Assembly: GCA_030390025.1 (NCBI GenBank)
Contig: CM059432.1
Coordinates: 3,348,001-3,412,000, forward strand
DNA length: 64,000 bases
Direction of reading: 5' to 3'
From: Squalus acanthias
Taxonomy: Eukaryota
Part shown: positions 44,939-57,579 of the stretch, in pieces
Layout of the letters: every line of letters begins with the position of its first letter
How positions within the stretch are numbered: the first letter of the stretch is position 1
Notes under the pieces: generated by a model
Databases searched by the model: none
What the model saw: the letters and a program-made list of their open reading frames with translations, nothing else
What the model was told of the DNA's origin: nothing
Position numbers and translations under genes: made by a program

Positions 44939-47557
44939 TGCCCGGCAGCGAAACAGTAAATGTGTGTTTATTTGTAACTTTTTGGTCAAGTAGCCATCAA
45001 GCCCAAGGACCAACATGTGACCTGCAGTCAGGTAACAAGACCAACGCTATGGAAACCAGGCAGCACTAACACAGGTCTTGCACAGTATAAAAATACCGCT
45101 ACCACCTGCAGTTACATATGTCTTTATCTCTCAAATGTGTAAAACAATGAAGTCACTGCCGCTGTGGCAGATAGGCAAACCTGGCAGCCATTTGAACTCA
45201 GCAACGTTCCTCCAATTTAAGAAAGATTTGCATTTCTATCGCGTCTTTCATGACCTCAGGACGTCCCAAAACGCTTTACTGCCAATGAAGTACTTTTGAA
45301 GTACCAACACTGTTGTAATGTAGGAAACGCAGTGGACAATTTGCGCACAGCAAACTCCCACAAACAGCAATGTGATCAGATCTCAAGAATTAGGAGCAGG
45401 AGTAGGCCACTTGGCCCCTCGAGCCTGCTCCGCCATTCAATAAGATCATGGCTGATCTTCGACCTCAACTCCACTTTCCCGCCCGATCTCCATATCCCTC
45501 GATTCTCCTAGAGTTCAAACATCAATCAATCTCAGCCTTGAATATACTCAAAGACTCAGCATCCACAGCCCTCTGTGGTAGAGAATTCCAAAGATTCACC
45601 ACCCTCTGAGTGAAGAAATTCCTCCTCATCTCAGTCCTAAATGGCTGACCCCTTATTCTGAGACTGTGCCCCCTGGTTCTAGACACTCCAGCCAGGGGGA
45701 AACAACCTCTCAGCATCTACCCCGTCAATCCCCCTCAGAATAATGACCAGATAATCTGTTTTTGGTTATGTTGGTTGAGGGATAAATATTGGCCAGGACA
45801 CCAGGGAGAGCTCCCCTGCTCTTCTTTGAAATAGTGGCCGTGGGATCTTCTACATCCACCCGAGAGCGCAGACGGAAGCCTCGGCTTAACCGAAAGACGG
45901 CACCTCCGACAGCGCAGCTCTCCCTCAGCACTGCACTGGGAGCGTCAGCCTAGATTTTTTGCGCTCGAGTCGCTGGAGTGGGACCACTCTGAAGGATGGC
46001 CAAGCGTGATTGGACGCATTCCCCGAGAAGTTTCACTACGCGGCCTCCTGCCACTCACACCACCGATCGCCTCAATCTTCCATCCTCGCGGCCAGACTCG
46101 CCTTCCTACACCAAGACTCTTCATTACCCAATTGGAGCGTAAGCTCGAGGAACAGCACCTCATCTTTCGTTTAGGCACCCTGTAGCCCTCTGGACTCAAC
46201 ATCGAGTTCAACAATTTTAGATCATAACCTCGGCCCCTATCACATTTATATTTTATTTTTTCATCCACCCTTTTGTTTGCCACCCCCCCCTTTTTTTCCC
46301 TCCCTGAAGCTGGCAGCTGTCCTTCATTCTGCCAGTGCATTTCACACTTCATCTAGCCTCAACCTGTCACATTAACACCTCCTCTTGCCTTGATCATCTC
46401 TTAATGTCTCTCTATATCTCTTAATCTCTCCTTTTGTTCTTTCATCCACTCTCCCTTTTCCCAGCCCCTAAACTTGCTTTAAATCTATTTCATTTCCTGC
46501 TTTATCCAGTTCTGACGAAGGGTCTTCGACCTGAAACGTTAACTCTGTTTCTCTCTCCACGGATGCTGCCTGGCCTGCTGAGTTTTTCCAGCATTTTCTG
46601 TTGTTATTTTGGATAATTCTTGACTTGCCTGTCAAACTGCTTCCTCCCCAATCTCCAATTTTATTTTAATAACCAATCAACAAGGGTTCAATGAAAAAAA
46701 ATTTTTTTTTATTTTTAAATGCCCCCTATGATTTTTCTCCCGGTGTTGTCGGAGACATGTCCTGGAGATTAATCTTCGATTCCTAGAGGCTCCAGGGCAA
46801 TCCTGGGGGGCTGGACACCCCCAGCTCAAACTGCAGGTTAATTGATCAGTTAATCTATTTTTGGATTGGGGGGGGAGGGGTGGTTAACAGAGGATTTTTT
46901 TTTGTGGCCAGGACACCACTTCTTCAAACAGCCGCTCTCTTTAATGTTCACTCCGGGTATGTCACGCAGCTGATATCGACCCACTATCCACGGACGGAAT
47001 CTTGACCCAACAGCAGAGGTCCCCTGGCTTCGACCTCCTGCGGAGACAGCGGACGGCGCTCAACCCAGTCCACACAGGGGCCACGGGTGATGCGGCTGCC
47101 CGCTCCACAAGTGGAAGATGAGGGGCGACCCGAAGCGCGACGGTTCGAGTCCCGGACCGTGGAACACATCACATCAACCTGCCCACTCAGATCTGTGGTG
47201 GGAGGCACCTCAGGAGGCCATCGAATGGACAGCCAAACCAGACATCCCATAATAAGCTTTCCCCCGTCACACGAAACAACAACTATACTCCCGGTAACCA
47301 CCGGAATAGGCAAATGGGCTGGACTAAAAACCGTACCATCATGCTCACTGATCACCGACACGCCCAACAACGCACAGCCCCGAAGCGTGAGCCGAGATTT
47401 TGTACTCCAGTGCAGGAGTGGCGCTTAAACAGCCATCCGACTCCGAAGCAAGAGTGAATCAAACGGACACTTAGCTTTCAAAATATTCCGTGCAACATTG
47501 CTGATGGTGCAATGAAAACCTCAACTACTGTTTATGCTCTTACACAAGAACATAACA
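44321..47557 (+). repeat. Copy 2 of the duplication (GA tract 44321-44603 plus 44604-47557)
   Basis: Colinear with about 40520-43749. Confidence 0.95.
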
Positions 47558-48420
47558 GATCAGGAGCAGGAGTAGGCCGTTCATCCGGTCAACCCTGCTC
47601 CGCCATTCGATAAGAACATGGCTGATCTTCTGCCCGCACTAACCCTTGGTTCCCTTAGTGCCCAAAAATCTATCGATCTCCGTCTTGAACATACTCAATG
47701 ACTGAGCCTCCACAGCCCTCTGGGGCAGAGAATTCCAAAGATTCACCACCCTCTGAGTGAAGAAATTTCTCCTAATCTCAGTCCTAAATGGCCGACCCCT
47801 TATCCTGAGACTGTGACCCCTGGTTCTAGACTCTCCAGCCAGGGGGAAACATCCTCCCTGCATCTACCTTGTCAATCCCCTTAAGAATTGCAATGAGCAC
47901 CTCTCATTCTTCTTAAACTCTAGGGAACCTAGGCCTAGTCTACTCAATCTCTCTTTCTGTGTTTATATAGCGCCTTTAACATAGTAAAACGCCCCGAGGA
48001 GCGATTATCAAAATTGGACACTGAGCCACATATTAGGACAGGTGACAAATTTGGGTCAGCAAGTTACCTGTTAAGGAGTATCTTAAAAGGAGCAAAGAGG
48101 TTTAGGGAGGGGCGTTCCAGAGCTTAGGGCCCTGGCAGCTGAAGACACGGCCGCCAATGGTGGAGCGATTAAAATTGGGAATGCTCAAGAGGGCGGAATT
48201 GGAGGAGCGCAGAGATCTCGGGAGGGGGGGTTGTGGGGCCTGGAGGTGGTTACAGAGATAGGGAGGGGGGGCGAGGGCCATGATGGGATTTGAAAAGAAG
48301 GCTGAGAATTTTAAACAAAAATCGAGGCGTTGCCGGACCAGGAGCCAATCTAGGTCAGCGAGTACAGGGGGCGATGGGTGAAGGGGACTCGCGAGTTAGG
48401 ACACGGGGCAGCCGAGTTGT
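47545..48420 (-). mobile_element. CR1 3' fragment (47545-47955) followed by an L2 3' fragment (47960-48420)
   Basis: ORF 47639-47863 CR1 motifs; L2 tail tttatatagcgcctttaac. Confidence 0.8.
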
Positions 48421-48744
48421 GTGCTGGTTTTTAAATTTGCTGAACCTGCCCATTCATACTGCAGGATATAAATAAAAGGGAGTTGCGAGTGTATAAAAGG
48501 TATGCAAAAATTACAAATGCACTTTGCACCGACAGTCTCACCGTGGATCATCCCAATTTTAGAGGCAGGGTGTACAGGAGAACAATGTCGAGATGTGGGA
48601 GTGGGCCGAGAACTCAGCGAGCCCGAAAGCAGAACCAAAAGTCGCAGACCCCCATCACCAGCTTCCTTTACTTGTCTCACTTGGCCTCAGAAGGTCTGAG
48701 CTGAAGTCCTACCCAAGGCAGGGATTGGTCCCTCCAATAACCAA

Positions 48745-49085
48745 GAAGGGGGGGGGGGGGGGGGGGGGAGTCCAGAACAAAGGGGGGCACAACCTTAAAA
48801 TTAGAGCCAGGCCGTTCAAGGGGTGATGTCGGGAAGCACTTCTTCACACAAGGGGTGGTGGAAATCTGGAACTCTCTCCCCCAAAAAGATGTCGAGACTG
48901 TGGTGGGGGGGGGGGGGGGGGGTCAACTGAAAATGTAAAAACTGAGATTGATCGCTTTTTGTAGGGTAAGGGTATTGAGGTTACGGAACCAAGGTGGGTA
49001 GATGGAGTTAAGATACAGATCAGCCATGATCTCATTGAATGGCGGAACAGGTTCGAGGGGCTGAATGGCCTCCTCCTGTTCCTAT
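48745..49085 (+). mobile_element. CR1 3' fragment with poly-G runs
   Basis: Same subfamily as 8445-9150. Confidence 0.85.
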
Positions 49086-49390
49086 TACAGTCGAGGAAAC
49101 CCTGCAAAGTAAATAAGTTAGGACCAGATTTTTAAAAAATCTCTCAGTTGTAACGATATTGACCGAATGATTTACCTCTGTCCTGAAAATTATTTCTTGA
49201 AAGCACACACGGAAACTACTTAAGAAAAGTCGGTGAAAGTGTCTCAAACAGGTCCAGCTGTCGAGCAATTCAACGGATGAAATGCAGTTAAACACACTCG
49301 GGACAGATGCCAACCTCGGCTTCTCCCAACAGTCATACAGCTGCCGCTAAACAAGCTTCAATTTCCTGCAACAGCCTGTTCAGTGCTTCT

Positions 49391-49713
49391 CACACTCTCT
49401 CACACACACACTGACAGACTCGCGCACACACTCACTCCCGCACGCACACACTCACTCACACACTGACAGACTCGTGCGCACACACTCACTCCCGCACGCA
49501 ATCATTCACACACACTGACAGACTCGCGCGCACACTCACTCCCGCACGCACACAATCACTCACACACACAGACAGCCTCGTGCGCACACACTCACTCCCG
49601 CACGCGCACTCACACACAGACAGACGCGTGCGTACACACACTCACTCTCGCGCGCACACACTCACTCACACTCTCACACTCACACTCACTCACTCTCGCG
49701 CGCGCACACACAC
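49391..49713 (+). repeat. CA/CG-rich minisatellite, ~46-54-bp unit
   Basis: About 5-6 imperfect copies of cacactgacagactcgcgcgcacactcactcccgcacgca. Confidence 0.85.
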
Positions 49714-49914
49714 GGGAACGGTAGCGTGGTGGTTACGTTACTGGACCAGTAACCCTGAGGCCTGGACTAATGATCCAGTAGACGTGAGTTCAAATCCCAC
49801 CACGGCAGCTGGGGAATTTAAATTCAGTTAATTAAATAAATCTGGAATAAAAAAAGCTAGTAATGGTGACCATGAAACTACCAGATCATTGTAAAAACCC
49901 ATCTGGTTCACTAA
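49714..49914 (+). mobile_element. tRNA-SINE 5' half (third family)
   Basis: A-box-like tagcgtggtgg, B box agttcaaatcc; ends at catctggttcactaat. Confidence 0.7.
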
Positions 49915-50322
49915 TCTTCACCTTCACCGAAGCGTACAAGAGCATGGGCCTTACACTAAACATCCGTAAGACAAAAGGTCCTCTACCAACCTGCCCCCGC
50001 CACACAGTACTGCCCCCCGATTATCAAAATCCACGACAAGGCCTTGGACAACGTGGACCACTTTCCATACCTCGGGAGCCTACTGTCAACAAGGGCAGAC
50101 GTCTATGACGAAGTCCAACACTGCCTTCAGTGTGCCAGTGCAGCCTTCGGTCGCCTGAGGAAGAGAGTGTTTGAAGACCAGGACCTCAAACCCGGCACAA
50201 AGCTCATGGTCACAGAGCAGCAGTGATACCCGCCCTGCTGTATGCCTCAGAGACATGGACCATGCACAGCAGGCACCTCAAAGCACTGGCGAGGTACCAC
50301 CAACGCCGCCTCCGCAAGATCT
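49915..50322 (+). mobile_element. RTE-clade LINE internal fragment
   Basis: GLTLNIRKTK; NVDHFPYLGS; ASAAFGRLRKRVF. Confidence 0.85.
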
Positions 50323-50484
50323 CACACACACACTCTCTCTCTCTCTCTCTCTCTCTCTCTAAGGACCCCAACGAGAGGTAGCATAAAATGAATTGCAACA
50401 CTGCAGAATTGTGACATTTACACATCAACTGGACGGGTCCTCGATAAACAAAAATCAATCACAAATGGCGACATTTACAACAGA

Positions 50485-50803
50485 TTTCATTTATATAGCG
50501 CCTTTAACGTAGTAAAATGTCCCAAGGCACTTCACAGGATCGATGATCAGACACAATGTGACACCGAGCCACACAAGGAGATGTTAGGACAGGTGAGGTC
50601 GGTTTTAAGGAACCTCTCCGCCGCTCTCTCCCTCCTTTATGGCGCTTTTTGACTAAGTGTTTGGGTCCTCTCCAAATTTCTCCTTATGTGGCTCGGTCTC
50701 AAAAAAATTTTTTGGTCTTCTGATACTCCTGTGCAGCAGCGCCCTGGGACATTTTACTACATTAAAGGCACTATATAAATACAAGTTGTTGTTGTTGTTG
50801 TTG
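50485..50803. mobile_element. Two L2 tails head-to-head
   Basis: Minus tail about 50485-50612, plus tail about 50613-50803 ending (gtt)n. Confidence 0.75.
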
Positions 50804-50939
50804 AGCTGCTGGATTGATGAAAATGGCCGCCCTGCTGAAGGTTGCCAGCTTCTCTCGCCCCGAATCCCACAGCAGATCCTTTCTGTCGTCAACGCTGCAT
50901 TGGCCGAGCTCAAAGACTTGTCGAGATCACACTCAGTCA

Positions 50940-51300
50940 GGAGCATTCAAGATATTCAGGGGAGCAGATATAGAGAGAAACTATTTCCGCTGGTTGGGGA
51001 ATTCTAGGACTAGGGGGCGCAGAGTCTAAAAATTAGAGCCAGACCTTTCAGGAGTGAAATTAGGAAACACTTCAACACACAAAGGGTGGTAGAAGTTTGG
51101 AACTCTCTTCCGCAAACGGCAATCGATGCTAGATCAATTGTTGATTTTAAATCTGAGACTGATCGATTTTTGTTAACCAAAGGTATTAAGGGATATGGGG
51201 CAAAGGCGGGTATATGGAGTTAGGTCGCAGATCAGCCATGATCTCATTGAATGGCGGAACAGGCGCGAGGGGCTCAATGGCCTCCTCCTGTTCCTATGTT
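50940..51300 (+). mobile_element. CR1 3' fragment
   Basis: Same subfamily as 37630-37769, with intact tail. Confidence 0.85.
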
Positions 51301-51454
51301 CACAGCAAATCAGAATGTACTTGCGAATCGGTTGTACACCGTCCTTGACTGGAGCATCTGGCACACCAGATGGCACTAAATTTTAAATGGTCAGACGGAG
51401 CCTCCCTCGCACAGCAGGAAAATTGACTGATTAGATTTGCACAAGGCCAGTTTT

Positions 51455-52225
51455 ACATAGAATTAACAGCAAAGAAACAGGCCATTCGGTCCAACTGCTC
51501 CCTCCCGGCGTTCATGCTCCACACGAGCCTCCTCCCGCCCTGCTTCATCTCACCCCATCAAGGTCTCCAATTCCTTTCTCCCTCGTGTGTTTATCTAGCT
51601 TCCCATTAAATGCATCTGTGCTATTCGCCTCGACCACTTCCCGTGGTAGCGAGTTCCACATTCTCACCACTCTCTGGGTAAAGAGGTCTCACCAACCCAT
51701 TGTGAACCATCCACGCTATATAGATGACTTCACGACCAGCCTTCTAGTGTCAGAACTGGGAGTTTACAGATTATTCAAATCATGCGTCACTATTAGTGGA
51801 CGGGCCGGGGAAGGAAGAACTCCACGGCCGGTATCACACACCCCCTTTCCCAGCTTCCTTTATTGTACCCAGTTTTACTCTGAACACACCTGCAACACTG
51901 CACAGCTAAAGAAACGTGGCTTCAAAACAAAACTTTTGAAGAATTTAAGATAATTGGCACAAGAGGGGGGAGGCGATGAGGAGCAATTAAAAAAAAACGC
52001 AGCGAGTTGTTGTGATCTGGAATGCGCTGCCTGAAAGGGCGGTGGAAGCAGATTCAATAGTAACTTGCAAAGGGGATTGGATAAATACTTGAAGGGGAGA
52101 AATTTGCAGGACTATGGGGAAAGAGCGGGGGGCGGGCGGAAGTGGGACTAATTGGAGAGCTCTTTCAAAGAGCCGGCACAGGCACGATGGGCCGAATGGC
52201 CTCCTTCTGTGCTGTATGATTCTAT
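51455..52225 (-). other. Second copy of the CR1/core/CR1 composite (core about 51684-51932)
   Basis: Reverse complement of 5640-6222 including both junctions. Confidence 0.8.
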
Positions 52226-52311
52226 AACTGGTTCTGTTTCTTCCATCAGTCCCTGTGCAGCAGCGAGGAAAGCAGGGAAAAGAAGTTCTGTCGGAAGCCT
52301 GCCCTGGCTAC

Positions 52312-52830
52312 GGGCTTGGGCTCCCAACCCTCCAGGATTGCAAGATCAATCTCCGGGACACGGCTCCGAGTAACACCCGGGAGAAAAATCACAGGGGGCA
52401 ATAAAACCAAGTCTACGTTCCACCACTCACCCCCACCGTGACCTTGGAACTTTTAAGTTCTAAAAATACTCAGAGATGGGGAAAAGGAAAAAGGCTGTTT
52501 GAGCGGGTGGGGCGGTTGGTGGTCATGTGATATCCGAGCTCTCTGCGCTCCTTCGATCCTGGCCTCTTGCGCATCCCCCGATTTCCATCGCTCCACCATT
52601 GGTGGCCGTGTCTTCAGCTGCCTGGGCCCTAAGCTCTGGAATTCCCTCCCTAAACCTCTCCACCTCCTTTAACATGCTCCTTCAAACCTCCCTCTTTGAC
52701 CAAGCTTTTGGTCGCCTGTCCTAATATCTCATGTGGCTCGGTGTCAAATTTTGTCTGATAATCGCTCCTGTGAAGCGCCCTGGGACGTTTTACTGCGTTA
52801 AAGGTGCTGTATAAATACAGGGTGTTGTTG
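52312..52830 (+). mobile_element. MITE fragment (52312-52532) followed by an L2 3' end (52535-52830)
   Basis: ccaaccctccaggattgc...ctccgagtaacacccgggagaaaa matches 7837-7920. Confidence 0.7.
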
Positions 52831-53054
52831 TGATAAAAAACCTCCAAGAATACGTCCATCCAAGGTCGGTAACTCTAGCTACAGGGCAGGGTGGTGGTCA
52901 TTTTTTTGGTTAAATATATAACTTTTATATAGAGCACAGGAGCGAAGGATCGAGGTGGTCTGATGTTCAACTGACTCGGTCTAGAATGGAGCAGCGTGTT
53001 GGAATTTGCATCGTTAGTATATAAATGGAAGGTCGGTCGTTCTTACAATAGGAG

Positions 53055-53365
53055 CAACAACAACTTGTATTTATATAGCGCCTTTAATGTAGTAAAACGT
53101 CCCAAGGCGCTTCACAGGAGCGATTATCAGACACAATTTGACACCGAGCCACATAAGGAGATATTAGGACAGGTGACCAAAAGCTTAGTCTAAGAGGTCG
53201 GTTTTAAGGAGCGTCTTAAAAGGAGGAGAGGGATAAAGGGGTTTAGAGGGGGAATTCCAGAGCTCAGGGCCCAGGCAGCTGAAGGCACGGCCGCCAATGG
53301 TGGAGCGATGGAAATCGGGGGATGCGCAAGAGACCAGAATTGGAGGTGGGCAGAGATCTCGGAGG
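53055..53365 (-). mobile_element. L2 3' end
   Basis: caacaacaacttgtatttatatagcgcc tail. Confidence 0.85.
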
Positions 53366-54049
53366 TTTAACGTGTGCACTTGGACAAGGCGTTTCTACTA
53401 CAGGGAATAGGCGGTGGGGCGTGCGACACATCATTCTATCGCTTACGGCGTTATTAAAAAAAAACACCTCGGTTGCACCACGATCACAGGATCTAGGTGT
53501 GGTGAAGCAGTCTCATCGCAGCCCGGAGTAATCCAGTAATACCGACAGTGTTTGCCAGTTACTTACTGCTAAACCATCGGCCCTACTGCAGTCTGTTCTT
53601 AATTTGCATCGAACATTTTGTTAATCTAAAATGCCTTTTGTGAGGAGTCGACAGATAAAACCGATCGGCCTTGTATGTTTACATCGTGCACAGATGCACG
53701 GTATTTTTAGTGCTTCCAAAAACAAGCTGCTGTTTAGTAGCTGATGTTGCAAAGGCTTTGTTTGCCCTTGGTAACCTTTGTTTCACATGCTCTTTGGCTG
53801 GGACATTCTGGTTCATGGGCTCCAGAGAGAGAGAGAGATGATCAGCCATGATCTTACTGAATGGCGGAGCAGACTCGAGGGGCCGCATGGCTGACTCCAG
53901 CTCCGATTTCTTATGGAATAATGAAGAAGAACGCCTTATTTTCCTGCGCAGATTGGAAGAGCCAACCCGCGGCTCAGTTCCTTATTGTCTATCTCTAAGG
54001 TCTACAAATACAACCCAATTTCCCCCTCCAAAAAACAAGTTGTTCACAA

Positions 54050-54520
54050 GCAAAGAACGAACTTCTACCGCCCCTTTCACCACCTCAGGACGTCCCAAAG
54101 CGCTTTACAGCCAATGAAGTACTTTTTGAAGTGTAGTCACTGTTGTAATGTAGGAAACGCGGCAGCCAATTTGCGCACAGCAAGCTCCCGCAAACAGCAA
54201 CGTGATAATGACCAGATAATCTGCTTTTTAGTGATGTTGATTAAGGGATAAATATTGGCTCCGGGACACCGGGGATAACTCCACTGCTCTTCTTCAAAAT
54301 AGTGGCCGTGGGATCTTTTACGTCCACCTGAGCGCGCAGACGGGGCCTCAGTTTAATGTCTCAACCGAAAGACGGCACCTCCGACAGTGCAGCACTCCCT
54401 CAGCACTGCACTGGGAGTGTCAGCCTAGATTTTTGCGCTCAAGTCTCTGGAGTGGGACTTGAACCCATGACCTTCTGACTCAGACGAGAGAGAGTGCTGC
54501 CCACTGAGTCACAGCTGACA
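54050..54520 (-). mobile_element. Deu-SINE, full length
   Basis: Reverse complement of 11784-12255. Confidence 0.88.
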
Positions 54521-54669
54521 CACAAAGGTCACCTACGGGCCGCTCAAGAGAGGCCTGCAATCCAAGTGATCCCTCACCATGGGTCCTTCACATCTGGGGC
54601 CTGTGATGGTGGTTTTAATCAGGCAGGGGATGACCCACCAGAAAGACATCCCAAAAAACTTGTATCGAA

Positions 54670-56180
54670 ACTTGGTGACCTGATAAAGGAATTCAAAATT
54701 ATGAAGGGGTTCGGTAGACGCAAAAGCCTATTACACAAGATGAGGACTCATGGGGTTGGGGTAATATAGTAGCATGGATAGAGGATTGCTTAACGGATAG
54801 AAAACAGAGTGTGGGGATAAATGGGTCTTTTTCAGGTTGGCAGGCTGTAACTAGGGGTGCCGCAAGGATCAGTGTTGCGGCCTCAGCTATTCACAATCTC
54901 TATTAATGACATAGATGAAGGGAACGAGTGCAATGTATCCAAGTTTGCTGACGATACAAAGCTAGGTGGGACAGTAAGCTGTGAGGAGAACACAGAGTCT
55001 GCAAAGGGATATAGATAGACTAAGTGAGTGGGCAGTAAGGTGGCAGATGGAGTATAACGTAGGTAAATGAGAGGTTATTCACTTTGGTAGGAAGAATAGA
55101 AAAACAGAATATTTTTTAAAATGGTGAGAAACTTTCAAATGTTGGTGTTCAGAGAGATTTGGGTGTCCTCGTACAAGAAACACAGAAAGCTAGCATGCAG
55201 ATACAGCAAGCAATAAGGAAGGCAAATGGCATGTTGGCCTTTATTGCAAGGGGGTTGGAGTATAAGAGTAAGGAAGTCTTGCTACAATTGTACAGGGCCT
55301 TGGTGAGACCACACCTGGAGTACTGTGCACAGTTCTGGTCTCCTTATCTAAGGAAGGATATACTTGCCTTGGAGGCGGTGCAACGAAGGTTCACTAGATT
55401 GATCCCTGGGATGAGAGGACTGTCCTATGATGAGAGATTGTGTAGATTGGGCCTATACTCTCTGGAGTTTAGAAGAATGAGAGGTGATCTCATTGAAACA
55501 TACAAGATTCTGAAGGGGATTGACAAGGTAGATGCTGAGAGGTTGTTTCCCCTGGCTGGAGTGTCTAGAACCAGGGGTCGACATTTAAGACTGAGATGAG
55601 GAGGAATTTCTTCACTCAGAGGATTGCGAATCTTTGGAATTCTCTGCCCCAGAGGGCTGTGCATCCTGAGTCTTTGAGTGTATCCAAGGCTGAGATCGAT
55701 AGATTTTTGGACTCTAGGGGAATCAAGGGATATGGAGATCGGGCAGGAAAGTGGAGTTGAGGTCGATGATCAGCCATGGTCTTACTGAATGGTGGAGCAG
55801 GCTCGAGGGGCTGAATGGCCGAATCCTGCTCCTATTTATGTTTTTAGAAGGTGTTTCCACTTGTGTGTTTGGGGGGGGTGTCCAAAACTAACTATAAATA
55901 TATAAACATAAATATAAGATAGATAGTCAGTAATAAATCCAATAGGGAATTGGGAGAAACTTCTTTACCCAGAGAGTGGTGAGAATGTGGAACTCGCTAC
56001 CACAGGGAGTGGTTGAGGCGAATAGTAAAGATACATTTAAGGGGAAGCTTAAAAAAAAGAGAAAGGAATAGAAGGACATGCTGATGGGGTGAGATGAAGA
56101 GGAGGCTGGTGTGGAGCAGAAACACCGGCACGGACCAGTTGGGCCGCATGGCCTGTTTCTGTGCTGTAAATTCTGTGTAA
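54670..56180 (+). mobile_element. CR1-A (about 54722-55845) nested in a CR1-B 3' fragment
   Basis: ORF 55159-55599 CR1 motifs; CR1-B resumes at agaaggtgtttccacttgtg. Confidence 0.88.
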
Positions 56181-57579
56181 TCCGCTCAAAGATAAGGAGC
56201 GTGGGACTAAATACATTTTACTTGGGCGCACTGCCATAGGTTACTCGGGAGGAAGCAACATTTTTCAAAAACAAGCAACTCACTGGCGGGCAGGATTCCA
56301 TCCCCCTCCCAAACAGTCTAAATAGCCGTCGCCGCAGTCGACAATGCCCCCGTTTATTTTTGGTCAAAGGCAAGTTTGAAAAGGCGCACACACAGGCTGA
56401 AGCCAAGTCTTCTGCTCAGCTTTTTGTTTTCCTCTTTAATATCATCACACGCAGATAAGAGTGTCACGTCACGTCGCGTCGCACCCACTCAGGAACTGAA
56501 CGCTCAGCCACCCCTGCTTTATTTCACCTCACAGCGATGCGAGTGAAGGCAGGCCCATTTGACCAAAAATAATTTAATTTTTTTTTAAAAAGGCCCCAGT
56601 GTCTTCTTGCACATCGCTGGCTATCAGCCTCTTGAAAAATTCCACACACTGGTCCAAATGAGCAAACAGGCATATAAACGCTGACTGAGGCAGAGCTTAA
56701 ACGTTACAAATCCATTGGAGAGAGAGAGAGAGAGAGAGAGAGAAAAAACCTCTAATTGCCGACAGAGAGGTGTTATTAGGAGCGCAAAAAAAACCCCCAC
56801 ATTAGCTTGGAATAAACTCCCGAGAATTAGTCGGCATGAGAAATTTGGAGTGGCGTGTAACATATTGTCTCTTTTTGAGGGGGGGGGGGGGGGGGTGGGG
56901 GCAACATTGTCCAGTTTAAACAACCACAAAAACCATCTTAAGGTCTCGACAGAATTCAACTTCGACCGAAATGTCCGCACCAGCGTTTTCTTTTTTGCTC
57001 TCGATCAAAAGTTCCACAAATGTGCAGCAACCTTAAACGAGATGAAGTCTGGTCAGGAGTCAGACGAGCTATTAAATTCTCGGCAACACACTGGAGAAGG
57101 GTTCCGAACGGCCAGCTTCTGTTTAGACATGGGGGGGGGGGGGGCAAAGAGTTTGGATTTCCAGCGCTGGCAGTTATTTGCTTTTTCTTTTGTTGTTTGC
57201 CAAGTCCGGGTCTGGATTTTCTGTCACACAAGCACGAGGTTTCACCAAAGACCCATTCGCACGCCAAAGAAAGGGATTTGATAAAAAGGGAAGGGGGGGG
57301 GGGGGGGGGGGAAAGAGTTTCATAAATTAAAACCTTAGTTTATTATCAAACTTTCGTGCTAGGGAGTAAACCGGATTTAGGAACTGGATTGCTAAATTTT
57401 AGAAAATCAGATGCACAACCCAAAGATAAATGTCCATTCATCAAACCAATCTGCAAAGTTGTTTTTTTGGTCCCTCGTTCCCAACCTTAAAACAACATTA
57501 CACTGCTGCTAATCTCCTGTTGCGGTAAGCTTTTCCTTTTAATAACAAATTCTTAAACCTTTGTCCCCCCCAACCCCCA

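Noticed and set aside
49391..49713. Repeat array considered as CRISPR-like
   Set aside because: Degenerate tandem units without unique spacers; eukaryotic context with no cas genes.
388..56180. One large segmental duplication linking 0.4-6.2 kb with 51.4-56.2 kb
   Set aside because: The two shared composites have opposite relative orientations and the unique flanks show no similarity.
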